Shown: piece by piece, positions 21,166 through 30,247 of the stretch
How positions within the stretch are numbered: position 1 is the stretch's first letter
Layout: every line of letters begins with the position of its first letter
Assembly (NCBI GenBank): GCA_002787775.1
Contig: PCUW01000011.1
Coordinates: 35,898 to 99,897, forward strand
Origin: Bdellovibrionales bacterium CG12_big_fil_rev_8_21_14_0_65_38_15
GTDB taxonomy: Bacteria; Bdellovibrionota; Bacteriovoracia; Bacteriovoracales; Bacteriovoracaceae
Length of the DNA: 64,000 nucleotides
Direction: 5' to 3'
Translations under genes and position numbers: made by a program
The notes under the pieces: model-generated
What the model saw: the letters and a program-made list of their open reading frames with translations, nothing else
Database searches by the model: none
What the model was told of the DNA's origin: nothing

Positions 21166-21876
21166 TTAGAAGCTAGCAATAAGCCCTGTTGTATATGTGT
21201 AATCGAATTTTCGGGCACCTGTGACGGCAGGAAGATTTCTATACTCTCCCTTAAACCCGACCTTCAAAGAAAAGATTGATGACAGAGTTGAAGTCACGGA
21301 CGGTCCAAAGTTGAATTCCCAGGCGTCTCCGATTTCAATATCTTTTAGGTATTCCGAAAAAAACTTGAAAGAGACGTTTTTATTTAGCTTTTGATCATAG
21401 TCTCCAAAAAGTCTTAATTGATTATTATGGGTGTATGAATGGTCTGTTTTTTCTTCGACCACGTAACGATAACCAGCTTCGAAATTAGATTTTTTGTCAT
21501 CGAGATTGAAGAGTTTATAGACACTACCAATATCTGTGAAATAACGTTTTTCGTAGCCTTTAAAACGGTCACCTGCAATTTTTTGTGCGACAAAAACCGC
21601 CCAATGTTCAGCATAGGTATATTGATCTTTTAGTCGTGCAGACCAATTTCTTGCATCAACAGTGCTATCAGCTTCACCTAAAGTGTAGTGTCCATCAAGG
21701 CTGATAGCATGCTTACTTAAATCAACACTTGTTTCAGATTTTACATTGTAAACTGAGACATCAGTATTTCCACCAGATTTTAAAATATTCACTTCAGAAG
21801 TATTTTTCCAATCGGCTAGAGAAGACAAAGAAATTCCCATAAGGGAGACAATAAGAACTAAGTTGATTTTTTTCAT
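21166..21876 (-). CDS. DUF481 (YdiY-like) outer-membrane beta-barrel protein
   Basis: Signal peptide from ATG 21876, an LKSGGNTDVS motif, alternating beta-strand pattern, and C-terminal ...GLIASF. Confidence 0.65.
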   Translation of the reverse strand: MKKINLVLIVSLMGISLSSLADWKNTSEVNILKSGGNTDVSVYNVKSETSVDLSKHAISLDGHYTLGEADSTVDARNWSARLKDQYTYAEHWAVFVAQKIAGDRFKGYEKRYFTDIGSVYKLFNLDDKKSNFEAGYRYVVEEKTDHSYTHNNQLRLFGDYDQKLNKNVSFKFFSEYLKDIEIGDAWEFNFGPSVTSTLSSIFSLKVGFKGEYRNLPAVTGARKFDYTYTTGLIASF

Positions 21877-21884
21877 GGCCAAAA

Positions 21885-22289
21885 CTATAAGCCGCAAAAC
21901 TCAATTAGCAAAGAATATTTTCGCTGCAAGGCCTCAATAGGTGCGTCAGGATCGGCTTTTTGCAATAGTCCTGCAATCATAATTTTCTCTTCATCACTTG
22001 CATCAAATTCTTTTAAGACGAAAAAATCTCGCCACTCTGGAGAATCATAAATCTTAGAAAATTCATCGGGAGAAAGCTTTTCGCTCTCAATAAGACGATT
22101 TAAATCAATCACACCATCAACAAAAGCTTGAGAAGTGGAGCTGCTATTTGATCTCGAATAAATCTCTCGCATGGCCATGTGACAAGGGTCTTCACCACTT
22201 ATCGAGGCTGGGCCTCGATCGATTCGCTTAGAGGATGATGTATATCCAATGGCCACAACTAAAATAAATATATTGAGAAACCTCATCAT
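21885..22289 (-). CDS. Secreted hypothetical protein (134 aa)
   Basis: Signal/anchor MMRFLNIFILVVAIGYTSS. No motif recognised. Confidence 0.5.
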   Translation of the reverse strand: MMRFLNIFILVVAIGYTSSSKRIDRGPASISGEDPCHMAMREIYSRSNSSSTSQAFVDGVIDLNRLIESEKLSPDEFSKIYDSPEWRDFFVLKEFDASDEEKIMIAGLLQKADPDAPIEALQRKYSLLIEFCGL

Positions 22290-22381
22290 ATAGCTTTATC
22301 GGTTCGTAATACTGGACACTTAAGTCTTTTAGCTGATTTTTTTAATCAAGTTTCTGCTCAGTATTTACGATAAGTTAGTTC

Positions 22382-23746
22382 ATGAATCATGTGATCATGG
22401 GGCTCGTTGTCCTACTCCATTCTTTCTTTATCTATGCGCAGGATCTCAGCGATCTCGCCGCTCGAGAACAACTCATAGGAACAACTCAATTAGAGCGAGA
22501 GCTTATTTCTGATATGGACCTGCGTTTAAAACTCAACTCACTTATCTTAGAGGTTGCCACACAGATTGACCGCGAGCACCCAGGACTGAGTCCTTGGAAT
22601 GACGGTGGGCAGTTAACAAAAATTTTAAAAGAAAAAAGTGAACGTTTCTCACAGTTTTATCTGGAACGAATGGATTCACTTGGACCTGAGCAAAAATCAT
22701 TATTTAAAAAGGCCTGGCAATTGATTCAATGGGAAAATCTCGTTGATGTCTTTAAAAGGTCGAGTCTTGGAATACAAACGATGTTCAAGCGTAAAGGCTT
22801 TGGTATTGTGATAGCGATTTTTATGGGTTTCGTTTCAGATTATACAATTCCCCTTATATTAACCAACTTGGGTTTACCTTGGCTTATTCCGGTTTCAGCC
22901 GTGACTCCTTATCAGCTTATCTATTCTACTTTGCCGCAAAAAATAACAGATCTTAAAATCAGACTTAAAGTTAAGAAAAGCTTAGGCGGTGATCAAGCCT
23001 ATCAAGCCTATATGAAACAAGAGCAAGTCACACGCGAAGCCTTAAAAGCTATGCGTGAAGATAATATTCTGATCCCTCTTATCGATGAAGGCTCATCTCA
23101 GGTAACGGCACTAAGTTTGAGACAAAACAATTGGTTTAAAAGCTTTCTTACTCGAATGGGATTTCATCAAGATGCCTTTTCATTTACAACACTTCGAAAG
23201 TTTATTGAAAAAGAAAATCTTAGCGATGACTATATTACTAAGATTATGAATCATCCAAGGCTTAAGCGCTGGCAAAAAGCATCACTGATGGCGACACACC
23301 TTCATGAAACAATGAGCGAGGATAATCGCATCTTATTCAGACAAAAATTTGATAAAAACTTTATTCAAATACAGTCCTTTGCCCCTTGGGATGGGTTTGA
23401 AGAATGGACAAAAAAACTACTCAAAGCAAAATCAGTTGAAGAGATCAACACTTTAATGTTTGAAGTTCCAAGAGGAACACCAACACGCTTAGTGCTGGAA
23501 ATTTGGCAGGATATCATTCTTCCTCATTATTCAACTAAAACAAATTTAAATTATTTTAGTTATAGAAAGCTCGTCGAAGACTTCGCTAGTACTCGTGCAA
23601 CTTTACTAGCCAATTCACAAGAGGCATGGACACTTGGTACTCATCAAGTTCTTATTCGTTATGTTTCTGAATCTCTAGGAAACAAGGCGTTTTCGAATTG
23701 TGAAAATTCTGGTCAGACAATTTTAAGATTTCTTTTATCAAACTAA
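22382..23746 (+). CDS. Hypothetical membrane protein (454 aa)
   Basis: Signal peptide, and a central hydrophobic pair (GFGIVIAIFMGFVSDYTIPLILTNLGLPWLIPVSAV). No motif recognised. Confidence 0.55.
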   Translation: MNHVIMGLVVLLHSFFIYAQDLSDLAAREQLIGTTQLERELISDMDLRLKLNSLILEVATQIDREHPGLSPWNDGGQLTKILKEKSERFSQFYLERMDSLGPEQKSLFKKAWQLIQWENLVDVFKRSSLGIQTMFKRKGFGIVIAIFMGFVSDYTIPLILTNLGLPWLIPVSAVTPYQLIYSTLPQKITDLKIRLKVKKSLGGDQAYQAYMKQEQVTREALKAMREDNILIPLIDEGSSQVTALSLRQNNWFKSFLTRMGFHQDAFSFTTLRKFIEKENLSDDYITKIMNHPRLKRWQKASLMATHLHETMSEDNRILFRQKFDKNFIQIQSFAPWDGFEEWTKKLLKAKSVEEINTLMFEVPRGTPTRLVLEIWQDIILPHYSTKTNLNYFSYRKLVEDFASTRATLLANSQEAWTLGTHQVLIRYVSESLGNKAFSNCENSGQTILRFLLSN

Positions 23747-24172
23747 TTATTTTTTAGCTTTTTTAAGCTCTGCAATTTGATCTTTTGATAATTGGAGAAG
23801 TTGGGTGACACGTACTTCTTCAGTATCATCGCCGGTGTCTTCTTTTGCTTTTTGTTCTTCATCTCTTAGGCGTTCAATTTCTTCTACGTCAATTTCTAAT
23901 TGGACATCAGAAGCTGATAACTCTGGTGCACTAAAATCATCATCTGATTTTTGCTCTTTACTATGACCTAAGGAATGAGATTGTGGTTTAGGTTTTGGGG
24001 CTGAACTTTTTGCTCTCATCTGTGCTAGTTCTTGAGGAGTAAAAAGCTCAGCACCAGGTTCTCCCCTAGCCCTTCTTTTGTCTCTCTCTTTATGTAACTG
24101 CTCAAGAATCTTATTATATTTTTGAATCTGTTTGAGCAATTGAATATTTGTAATCTCACTGACTTTAACCAT
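23747..24172 (-). CDS. Hypothetical highly charged coiled-coil-like protein (141 aa)
   Basis: ORF only. Lys/Glu/Asp-rich with no TM helix. Its stop abuts the stop of the convergent 454-aa gene. Confidence 0.45.
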   Translation of the reverse strand: MVKVSEITNIQLLKQIQKYNKILEQLHKERDKRRARGEPGAELFTPQELAQMRAKSSAPKPKPQSHSLGHSKEQKSDDDFSAPELSASDVQLEIDVEEIERLRDEEQKAKEDTGDDTEEVRVTQLLQLSKDQIAELKKAKK

Positions 24173-24224
24173 GCAGTTATTATACGAGATTTCGTCTAAT
24201 GCCCCAACTCTTTATTGATAGAGT

Positions 24225-24797
24225 TTGAAGTGGCATAATACACCTATGATTGAATCGACAGAGTTTGATAAAATTTATGGGGAATTAATGAATCGTCTAG
24301 AGAAAGACGAGAGGCCTCATCTCGAGCTTTCTGATGATGTTTTAAATCAAATAAAAAATCTTTGGACAAACGCTTTAGAAACTCAAGATAACCAACGAAT
24401 AAACTCCATCATGTGCGTTCTTGATTATACCCGACATACTTATGATCTTTTTGATGATCATTTTTATCAGACCTTAGAATCAACACTATCGCACACGACA
24501 TTAGTATTTACCTTAGGTGCCTCTTGGAAACATATGCTCGGCAGATGGTCTAGATCAGGTGATCGAATTACCATGCGCTATATTGAAATCTTACGTACGT
24601 TCTTAAACTCAAAAAACCATGAACTTGTTGAATGGTCTCTTAGAACCATCGATCAAATTGGACCTCAAGGCAGATTACTACAAAAAGAAATTGCTCAAAA
24701 TAAAATGAAATTGAAATCTTTAATTAATCCAAGAGCAAAAGCCATCACTCAATTAGTAGAAATGTTTGAAAAAAGATGGAGTCATCATGGCCGGTGA
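24225..24797 (+). CDS. Hypothetical protein (190 aa)
   Basis: ORF with a TTG start (ATG at codon 8 is an alternative). No motif recognised. Confidence 0.45.
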   Translation: MKWHNTPMIESTEFDKIYGELMNRLEKDERPHLELSDDVLNQIKNLWTNALETQDNQRINSIMCVLDYTRHTYDLFDDHFYQTLESTLSHTTLVFTLGASWKHMLGRWSRSGDRITMRYIEILRTFLNSKNHELVEWSLRTIDQIGPQGRLLQKEIAQNKMKLKSLINPRAKAITQLVEMFEKRWSHHGR

Positions 24798-25149
24798 TTT
24801 TAATTTTAAAGATCAAGAAGAACTTGAAAGAAGACTGCTGCAGCTTAAAATTGCCACCAATGCTGGTGGAAAAGAGCATTTTAATACACAGCAGGCAGTT
24901 GATATCAAAGTGAATCTAAGGCCCGATAAAGCGATTAAACCTGCCATGTTTGTTCCAGACCCACTTTTACCAGGTTGTTATAAGGCGCACCCTGTCACAA
25001 TCGCGGCGCTACGCAAAAATATTTTCGCAGCAGGCAACGAATTATTTGAAGACCTAGAAGATTTAGTCACTTGTGAAGGTTGCCAACAACAAATTGATCG
25101 TCAATTTTGGTATTTCTGTCCTTTTTGTGAAGCTAAATTCAAGATTTAA
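24787..25149 (+). CDS. Hypothetical protein with C-terminal CxxC...CxxC zinc ribbon
   Basis: ATG 24787 overlaps the upstream stop (ATGGCCGGTGA). C-terminus is CEGCQQQIDRQFWYFCPFCEAKF. Confidence 0.5.
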   Translation: MAGDFNFKDQEELERRLLQLKIATNAGGKEHFNTQQAVDIKVNLRPDKAIKPAMFVPDPLLPGCYKAHPVTIAALRKNIFAAGNELFEDLEDLVTCEGCQQQIDRQFWYFCPFCEAKFKI

Positions 25150-25348
25150 TGAGTTTTTAAGCGCTTAGAAGTCACCAATTGTAAGACTTTATCCTTTGTC
25201 GATTATCCGCCTAAAATCGTATCTTACCTCTGTCCATAGTTTTGAATTTTTTACACACCCGCATGATGCGGTCACGGTAAATTCAAAGTTTGTTGGTTAG
25301 GCTTGAGACACGGACGCACACACCGTCCTCTTAACAGGAGTAGACTCG

Positions 25349-25777
25349 ATGGCCAGAGAAAATGCGTATTTGAATGAAAAACAGATTGTTCAACTTAAAG
25401 ACTTATTAATGTCTGAAAAAGAGAACATTCTAAACGACCGCAAAGATGTCGAGAATTATTCTCTCGATAAGAATGAACTTGCAGATCCCTTAGATGAAGC
25501 AAGTGTAAACATTCAAACATCTCAAGAGCTTCGCTTTAGAAATCGTAAAATGTTTTATTTGAAGAAAATCAATAAAGCTTTACGTAAAGTTGAAGAAGGC
25601 ATTTATGGTCTTTGCCAAGACTGTGATGTTGAAATTGGTTTTGAGCGTCTTATGGCCCGCCCTACAGCTGATCTATGTATCGGATGTAAAGAAGAGTCGG
25701 AGATGAATGAGCGTAACAACTTCCATATGAAGCGTTCTAAGTCTCTTGGTCAATCGCTACAAGATCTTTCTAAGTAA
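25349..25777 (+). CDS. dksA: DksA/TraR-family C4 zinc-finger RNA-polymerase-binding regulator
   Basis: 142 aa: coiled-coil N-half, then CQDCDVEIGFERLMARPTADLCIGCK. Confidence 0.85.
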   Translation: MARENAYLNEKQIVQLKDLLMSEKENILNDRKDVENYSLDKNELADPLDEASVNIQTSQELRFRNRKMFYLKKINKALRKVEEGIYGLCQDCDVEIGFERLMARPTADLCIGCKEESEMNERNNFHMKRSKSLGQSLQDLSK

Positions 25778-25790
25778 TTAAGTTAAAATT

Positions 25791-25817
25791 GAGCCTCATT
25801 AGTGAGGCTCTTTTTTT
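25791..25817 (+). terminator. Rho-independent terminator after dksA
   Basis: GAGCCTCA-TTAG-TGAGGCTC (8-bp stem) followed by T7. The T-tract ends exactly at the ATG of the next ORF. Confidence 0.8.
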
Positions 25818-26204
25818 ATGAATCCAACAATTGAAAAAATCGTCACAGATTTTTATTCTCTAGCAACAACCGACGTGATGATCGGTTATCACTTTAGAAA
25901 AATCGCAACTTCAGAAGGGATCCACCCCCTCAAGCCTCCACTTGATGCTTTTGCTAGTCATATTCCAAGAATTGTTCATTTTTGGGAAGTTCAGCTTGAA
26001 GGAAAATCTATTCAGGGTGAATCATTCGATTTATTAAAAGTACATAAGACATTGGGTATTTTGCCTGGAGAGCTAGGTCGTTGGATCAAGTTGTTCAAAG
26101 ATATCTTAAAAAGTTATGACCAGAACCATGAGTTGATTTTAAAGTGGAATGAAAAAATTGATCACTTTGAAAAAATATTCAAAAAGAACTTATTCACTAA
26201 TTGA
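25818..26204 (+). CDS. Truncated-haemoglobin-like globin (tentative)
   Basis: 128 aa. IEKIVTDFYSLATTDVMIGYHF...HIPRIVHFWEVQL...LKVHKTLGI...WIKLF follows the 2-on-2 globin helix order. Confidence 0.5.
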   Translation: MNPTIEKIVTDFYSLATTDVMIGYHFRKIATSEGIHPLKPPLDAFASHIPRIVHFWEVQLEGKSIQGESFDLLKVHKTLGILPGELGRWIKLFKDILKSYDQNHELILKWNEKIDHFEKIFKKNLFTN

Positions 26205-26594
26205 AGCTGGTCTTTTGGCATCAAAGACTTTTTGCACAAAGCTCTCGAGCACGGGCTCATTAGTCACATCATCAAACATCCAATTTCCAGCATACCATTG
26301 ATCAAGCTTGAAAGCCGCTGCTCTCGCCTGTTGGACGGTTTCATATTGAATACTAATAAGTTCAACTTTTGAGACAAGGATTCTCTTGCCGCTTCCTATA
26401 ACACAGCCGTCAGTTGGATAATTCTCACAAAGAATTCTTTTTTCCGGATCTGTAATTGGTACCAAAATAATGCTGGGATCAGCCTTTTGAGCAATAAACC
26501 ACATTTCCGTAGGCGAATAAGTTTTCTCTTCTTTGGAACAAGAACAACTACTTAAAATAACGAGGGCAATTAGACTTAAAAATATTTTCATCAA
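26190..26594 (-). CDS. Lipoprotein, function unknown
   Basis: Lipobox ILSSCSC after a signal peptide. 134 aa. Confidence 0.55.
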   Translation of the reverse strand: MMKIFLSLIALVILSSCSCSKEEKTYSPTEMWFIAQKADPSIILVPITDPEKRILCENYPTDGCVIGSGKRILVSKVELISIQYETVQQARAAAFKLDQWYAGNWMFDDVTNEPVLESFVQKVFDAKRPASISE

Positions 26595-26701
26595 CCTATT
26601 CTAGCATGGAGTTTTTGTGGGATGTAAGTCTTTCACGGTATAGGGCCAAAGAAAATTTTATTGCATATATGTACTCCACTATCAATAATTTGGGGGAATC
26701 C

Positions 26702-27379
26702 ATGAAAATGATGACTTTTCTAGCACTATTTATGAGCTTTTCAGTAATGGCTCAGCCTGTTCAAAACCGCGCTAATCTTGAAGCTGAAGCTAAAAAGCTT
26801 TCTCTTCAAATGAAAATACTAGTTGATCGCAATGTTGATCGTCTTGATGAACGCGATCTTACTCAGCTTGTAAGATCTCTAGAGCGTTCAAAAGATATCT
26901 TATTAGGTCAAAGACCGGGTCCAGGTCCTGGGCCAATCCCACCAATTCCTGCTCCAAGATATACATGTGATCGTGCAAGTGCTTCAGAATACCAGCAAAC
27001 ATTTATCAAAGTTAAGAACTTCGCTTATTCAAGTTCAGGTTTAGATATGAGCAGTGCTGCAGCGACAAATTTTGCTCAAGACTGGTCAACGAGATACTCT
27101 TGTGCTGATGCTGATCAGTTCATTTCAATCTTTGGTCGTCTAAAGAATTTTGCTTATTCAACTTCAGGATTAGATATGAGCGCTGCTGCTTCAATTGATT
27201 ATGCTCAACAAGGTGTTAACAGCCTATGTGAAAACTATAACTTTGAAGCTGAATATAAAAATCTTTATAACTTTGCTTACTCGACTTCAGGTTTAGATCT
27301 TTCAGCGGCTGCTGCTAAGGACTATGCAAGACAAAGAGTTGAACCTCAAATGTTTCAGTGTCGCCCGTTTAATTTCTAA
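26702..27379 (+). CDS. Secreted protein with three tandem NFAYSxSGLD modules
   Basis: GGGGGA SD before ATG 26702. Signal peptide MKMMTFLALFMSFSVMAQ, helical head, GPGPGPIPPIP linker, then three Cys-delimited repeats. Confidence 0.65.
   Translation: MKMMTFLALFMSFSVMAQPVQNRANLEAEAKKLSLQMKILVDRNVDRLDERDLTQLVRSLERSKDILLGQRPGPGPGPIPPIPAPRYTCDRASASEYQQTFIKVKNFAYSSSGLDMSSAAATNFAQDWSTRYSCADADQFISIFGRLKNFAYSTSGLDMSAAASIDYAQQGVNSLCENYNFEAEYKNLYNFAYSTSGLDLSAAAAKDYARQRVEPQMFQCRPFNF
26990..27379 (+). repeat. Three in-frame tandem coding repeats (129 and 123 nt apart)
   Basis: The K/YNFAYS[ST]SGLD[ML]S[SA]AA core recurs at nt 27014, 27143 and 27266. Confidence 0.85.
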
Positions 27380-27397
27380 TTTTAATAGAGATAGATA

Positions 27398-27432
27398 GAA
27401 AAAATGAAGCCCCGATACTCGGGGCTTTTTTT
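27398..27432. terminator. Bidirectional terminator between convergent genes
   Basis: AAGCCCCGA-TAC-TCGGGGCTT (9-bp stem) flanked by an A-run and T7. It abuts the helicase stop codon. Confidence 0.8.
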
Positions 27433-28735
27433 ATTTCTTTTTTTGTTGCTTCTTTTTGTACCTAGGTGTTTTCTTTGTTGTTTTTACAACATACTTCTTT
27501 TTCTCTGGGACCTTTTTAGCATCCGCTTTCTTTTTAATCTGAGTTGCTTTCTTTTTCACTGCAATCTTTGCTCTAGTCTTATCTCCAGCAATAGGATCAA
27601 GCTGCAAGAGAGTTTGCTCACTTATTGATTTATTAATTTTTGAAATGAGGCCTTGATCTCTTGAGTTAACAAAGTTGAAAACACGGCCAGGAACACCGGA
27701 TCGACCAGTACGACCACAGCGGTGAAGATAATAGACTGATTCAAACGGCAGATCGTAATTTAAAACCCAGACGACACCTTTAACATCAATTCCCCTAGCG
27801 GCAATATCACTAGCGACTAGAGTGACGTTCTTATCTCTAAACTCTGCATTTTGTTTTTCACGATCTTTTTTATCCATGTCTCCATGAAGTTTAGCAAAGG
27901 AACGCTTAGGAAACTTTTCCATCAACAGATTATGGACCTCTTCAACAGATTCCTTGCGGTTTACGAAGATAATTCCTTTCATGCCACCCTGCTCTTTTAA
28001 AAAGAGCTCTAGCATATAAGGCTTCTCTCCTTGAGAGCAGGTAATATTAAAAGTTTCAATATTAAGCTTTACTCCATGAGCGCCTTCAATAACTAAATCT
28101 GTAAGAGGTGCACCATCAAAAACGTCCATTGCGATCTGATTAAGATCGGCCGGTCTTGTTGCAGTAAAGAGTGCTAGCTGACAAGGTCCTTCAATTTTTT
28201 CATAGATTTTTTTAAGCTCTTTAGCAAAACCAAGATCAAGCATCTGATCGGCTTCATCGATATAAAGCATTTTGACTTGCTTCATATTCAAGTCACCCTT
28301 ATCGATGGCCTGTCTGACTCTTGAAGGTGCTGCAACAAGAACATCAAGACCAGTTCTCATTTGGGTCGTTTTGGCAGATGAATCTCCTCCAGATAAAAGT
28401 CTGACTCTAAATTTTGCAAAGTGAGAGATTCTTTTGAGAATACCAAAAACCTGGGAAGCAAGTTCACGAGTAGGACAAAGAATAATCGCAGCAGGTGCTG
28501 AGGCCAAAGACGGATCAAATGTTTTGTCCGCTTCTGCTTTTTTTAAAAGTTGAACTAGAGGAAGAACATAAGCGAGAGTTTTACCTGTACCAGTTTGAGC
28601 GGTACAGACAATAGATTCGCCTTTAAGTAGTTCAGGGATTGCTTTATTTTGAACATCAGTAGGTTCTTTAAAACCTTCTTCTTTTATATATTCTTGTAAG
28701 GCTTTTAATTGAATGAGTTGATCAAAGCGTGCCAT
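27431..28735 (-). CDS. DEAD-box ATP-dependent RNA helicase with Lys-rich C-terminal tail
   Basis: AQTGTGKT (motif I), PTRELA, DEAD variant IDEAD, TAT in place of SAT, and HRCGRTGR (motif VI). Start preferred at ATG 28735 (MARFDQL). Confidence 0.9.
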   Translation of the reverse strand: MARFDQLIQLKALQEYIKEEGFKEPTDVQNKAIPELLKGESIVCTAQTGTGKTLAYVLPLVQLLKKAEADKTFDPSLASAPAAIILCPTRELASQVFGILKRISHFAKFRVRLLSGGDSSAKTTQMRTGLDVLVAAPSRVRQAIDKGDLNMKQVKMLYIDEADQMLDLGFAKELKKIYEKIEGPCQLALFTATRPADLNQIAMDVFDGAPLTDLVIEGAHGVKLNIETFNITCSQGEKPYMLELFLKEQGGMKGIIFVNRKESVEEVHNLLMEKFPKRSFAKLHGDMDKKDREKQNAEFRDKNVTLVASDIAARGIDVKGVVWVLNYDLPFESVYYLHRCGRTGRSGVPGRVFNFVNSRDQGLISKINKSISEQTLLQLDPIAGDKTRAKIAVKKKATQIKKKADAKKVPEKKKYVVKTTKKTPRYKKKQQKKK

Positions 28736-28760
28736 CAGGCGGTCTCCACGAAATAGGAAC

Positions 28761-28782
28761 AAAAAAGGGGGCCAATGCCCCC
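28761..28782 (-). terminator. Terminator-like hairpin after the outer-membrane protein gene
   Basis: Minus strand reads GGGGGC-ATTG-GCCCCC followed by T6. It lies only about 30 nt upstream of the helicase start. Confidence 0.6.
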
Positions 28783-28805
28783 GCTTCTAACTATCACGCT
28801 TTGAG

Positions 28806-30083
28806 TTAAAAGAACAATCTGAAGTTTAAAGAATGCAGCGTAGAGACCTTAGTATCATTGATTTTAGACTTAAGAGGTTGCTTTAGGCTGTACTCAAGCT
28901 GCATTAACCATAGTTTTACACGAGGAGCCAAAGTTAAATGCTCTTCATCGACCATACCTCGAACCTGTACTCCAATTCTGTCATCCCAAACATATGTACC
29001 AAACTCGACTCCACCGTAGGGTTGAGCATCTTGGCCATAACCTGATCTTTTGTAAGCACCGGCAAAAGGTCTCAAAGTGAAGACGGAGAAATCATATTTA
29101 TAATCACCATGAAGTCTAAATAAAGGCTTGATGGCATATCTTAAATCCCCTGCCTTTTCCTTATTATCTGAGATTGTAGCAATTTTTAACTCTTCAACAG
29201 AGGCCATACCTCTAAGATTTCCATTTTTGTAACCAAGCTCGTAATCAGCAACCGCTGCAATATTAGTATTTAGCTCTTCACCAAAATCAACCGCGTCTGA
29301 ACCTTTTGATAATGAGTCGGCAGTTACGATGACTTGTGTATCGGCTCTACCCATGGCGTAGAGATTAAAACTACCAAAGAAGTGGTCATCAACTTCATAC
29401 AAGTTATAAAAACCTACTTTAGCATCTGCCTTAGCGTAAGTTAGAACGTCAGGAGTTGAAGTGTCACTTGGATAAAAATATTTATTAAGATATGGAGCTG
29501 CCTCAGCTTGAATAGCAGCTGATTCGCCAGCAATTGCTTTAGCAACAATGTCATCACCACCCGTCATAGAGCCAAATTTAGAAATAATGAGATTTTTCAG
29601 CTCCGTCGAAAGGTCTTGACCAACATACTCAAGGATTGTGGCCGCACTAATATTGGTAGATCTCACTCCAATATTTAACATTAAGTTAAAGCCAACTCTC
29701 AAATTAGGAACAAATTTAATATCAAAAGCACTAAAACTTGGAAGTGGTGCTCCTAAATTTAAACCAAAACGAATTGATTGCTCCGTGTCGCGATATTTTC
29801 TTAAAAAAGCTTGTCCTGCCGCAAGTTTTTCAGAATCAGAACCTTGAGTCTTAGAAACATCTTTAGCATCATTGTAAAAATCTAAGGCGTTGGTATTTAA
29901 ACCTGCCGTGATATCAATAATAAAGTCATGCCCAAAAGGTCTTAGAAGTTCCTCTGTTTTGAAACGGTCATCCAGAGTAATTGCTCTTTCTTTTACATCG
30001 TAAGCTGCTTGAGCCTTTGCCAAAAAAGCCACTGCCATGACTAATGCCGATAATTTAACAAATGAGCTGAGTTTTTGTTTCAT
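28806..30083 (-). CDS. Outer-membrane beta-barrel protein, family unknown
   Basis: Signal peptide ending ...AKAQA, alternating amphipathic strands, and C-terminal ...LNFRLFF (aromatic terminus). Confidence 0.6.
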   Translation of the reverse strand: MKQKLSSFVKLSALVMAVAFLAKAQAAYDVKERAITLDDRFKTEELLRPFGHDFIIDITAGLNTNALDFYNDAKDVSKTQGSDSEKLAAGQAFLRKYRDTEQSIRFGLNLGAPLPSFSAFDIKFVPNLRVGFNLMLNIGVRSTNISAATILEYVGQDLSTELKNLIISKFGSMTGGDDIVAKAIAGESAAIQAEAAPYLNKYFYPSDTSTPDVLTYAKADAKVGFYNLYEVDDHFFGSFNLYAMGRADTQVIVTADSLSKGSDAVDFGEELNTNIAAVADYELGYKNGNLRGMASVEELKIATISDNKEKAGDLRYAIKPLFRLHGDYKYDFSVFTLRPFAGAYKRSGYGQDAQPYGGVEFGTYVWDDRIGVQVRGMVDEEHLTLAPRVKLWLMQLEYSLKQPLKSKINDTKVSTLHSLNFRLFF

Positions 30084-30247
30084 TCTTCCCTCTTAACAAC
30101 TAAATAGAAATAAATTTTGATTGGTTAAAGAATAACCGCAGATAAAAGATTCGCAAGAGCGTCGCAAAGATTGCCAAAAACGACATAGAAAGGGACAATA
30201 TGAGTAGGATTTCAATAGATTAAGATTTAGTTTGGGAGCGAGCACAC

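Noticed and set aside
25150-25348. 199-nt leader upstream of dksA with two small hairpins (CCGCATGATGCGG and GGACG-CACACAC-CGTCC), considered as a riboswitch or sRNA.
   Set aside because: I see no match to any riboswitch core I know, and the hairpins are short. It is probably just the promoter plus 5' UTR. It may deserve a look in RNA-seq data but is not supportable from sequence alone.
27404-27628. 74-aa Phe/Leu/Cys-rich ORF on the plus strand.
   Set aside because: It is the mirror image of the AAG/AAA-rich Lys tail of the DEAD-box helicase and spans the bidirectional terminator, so it is not a plausible gene.
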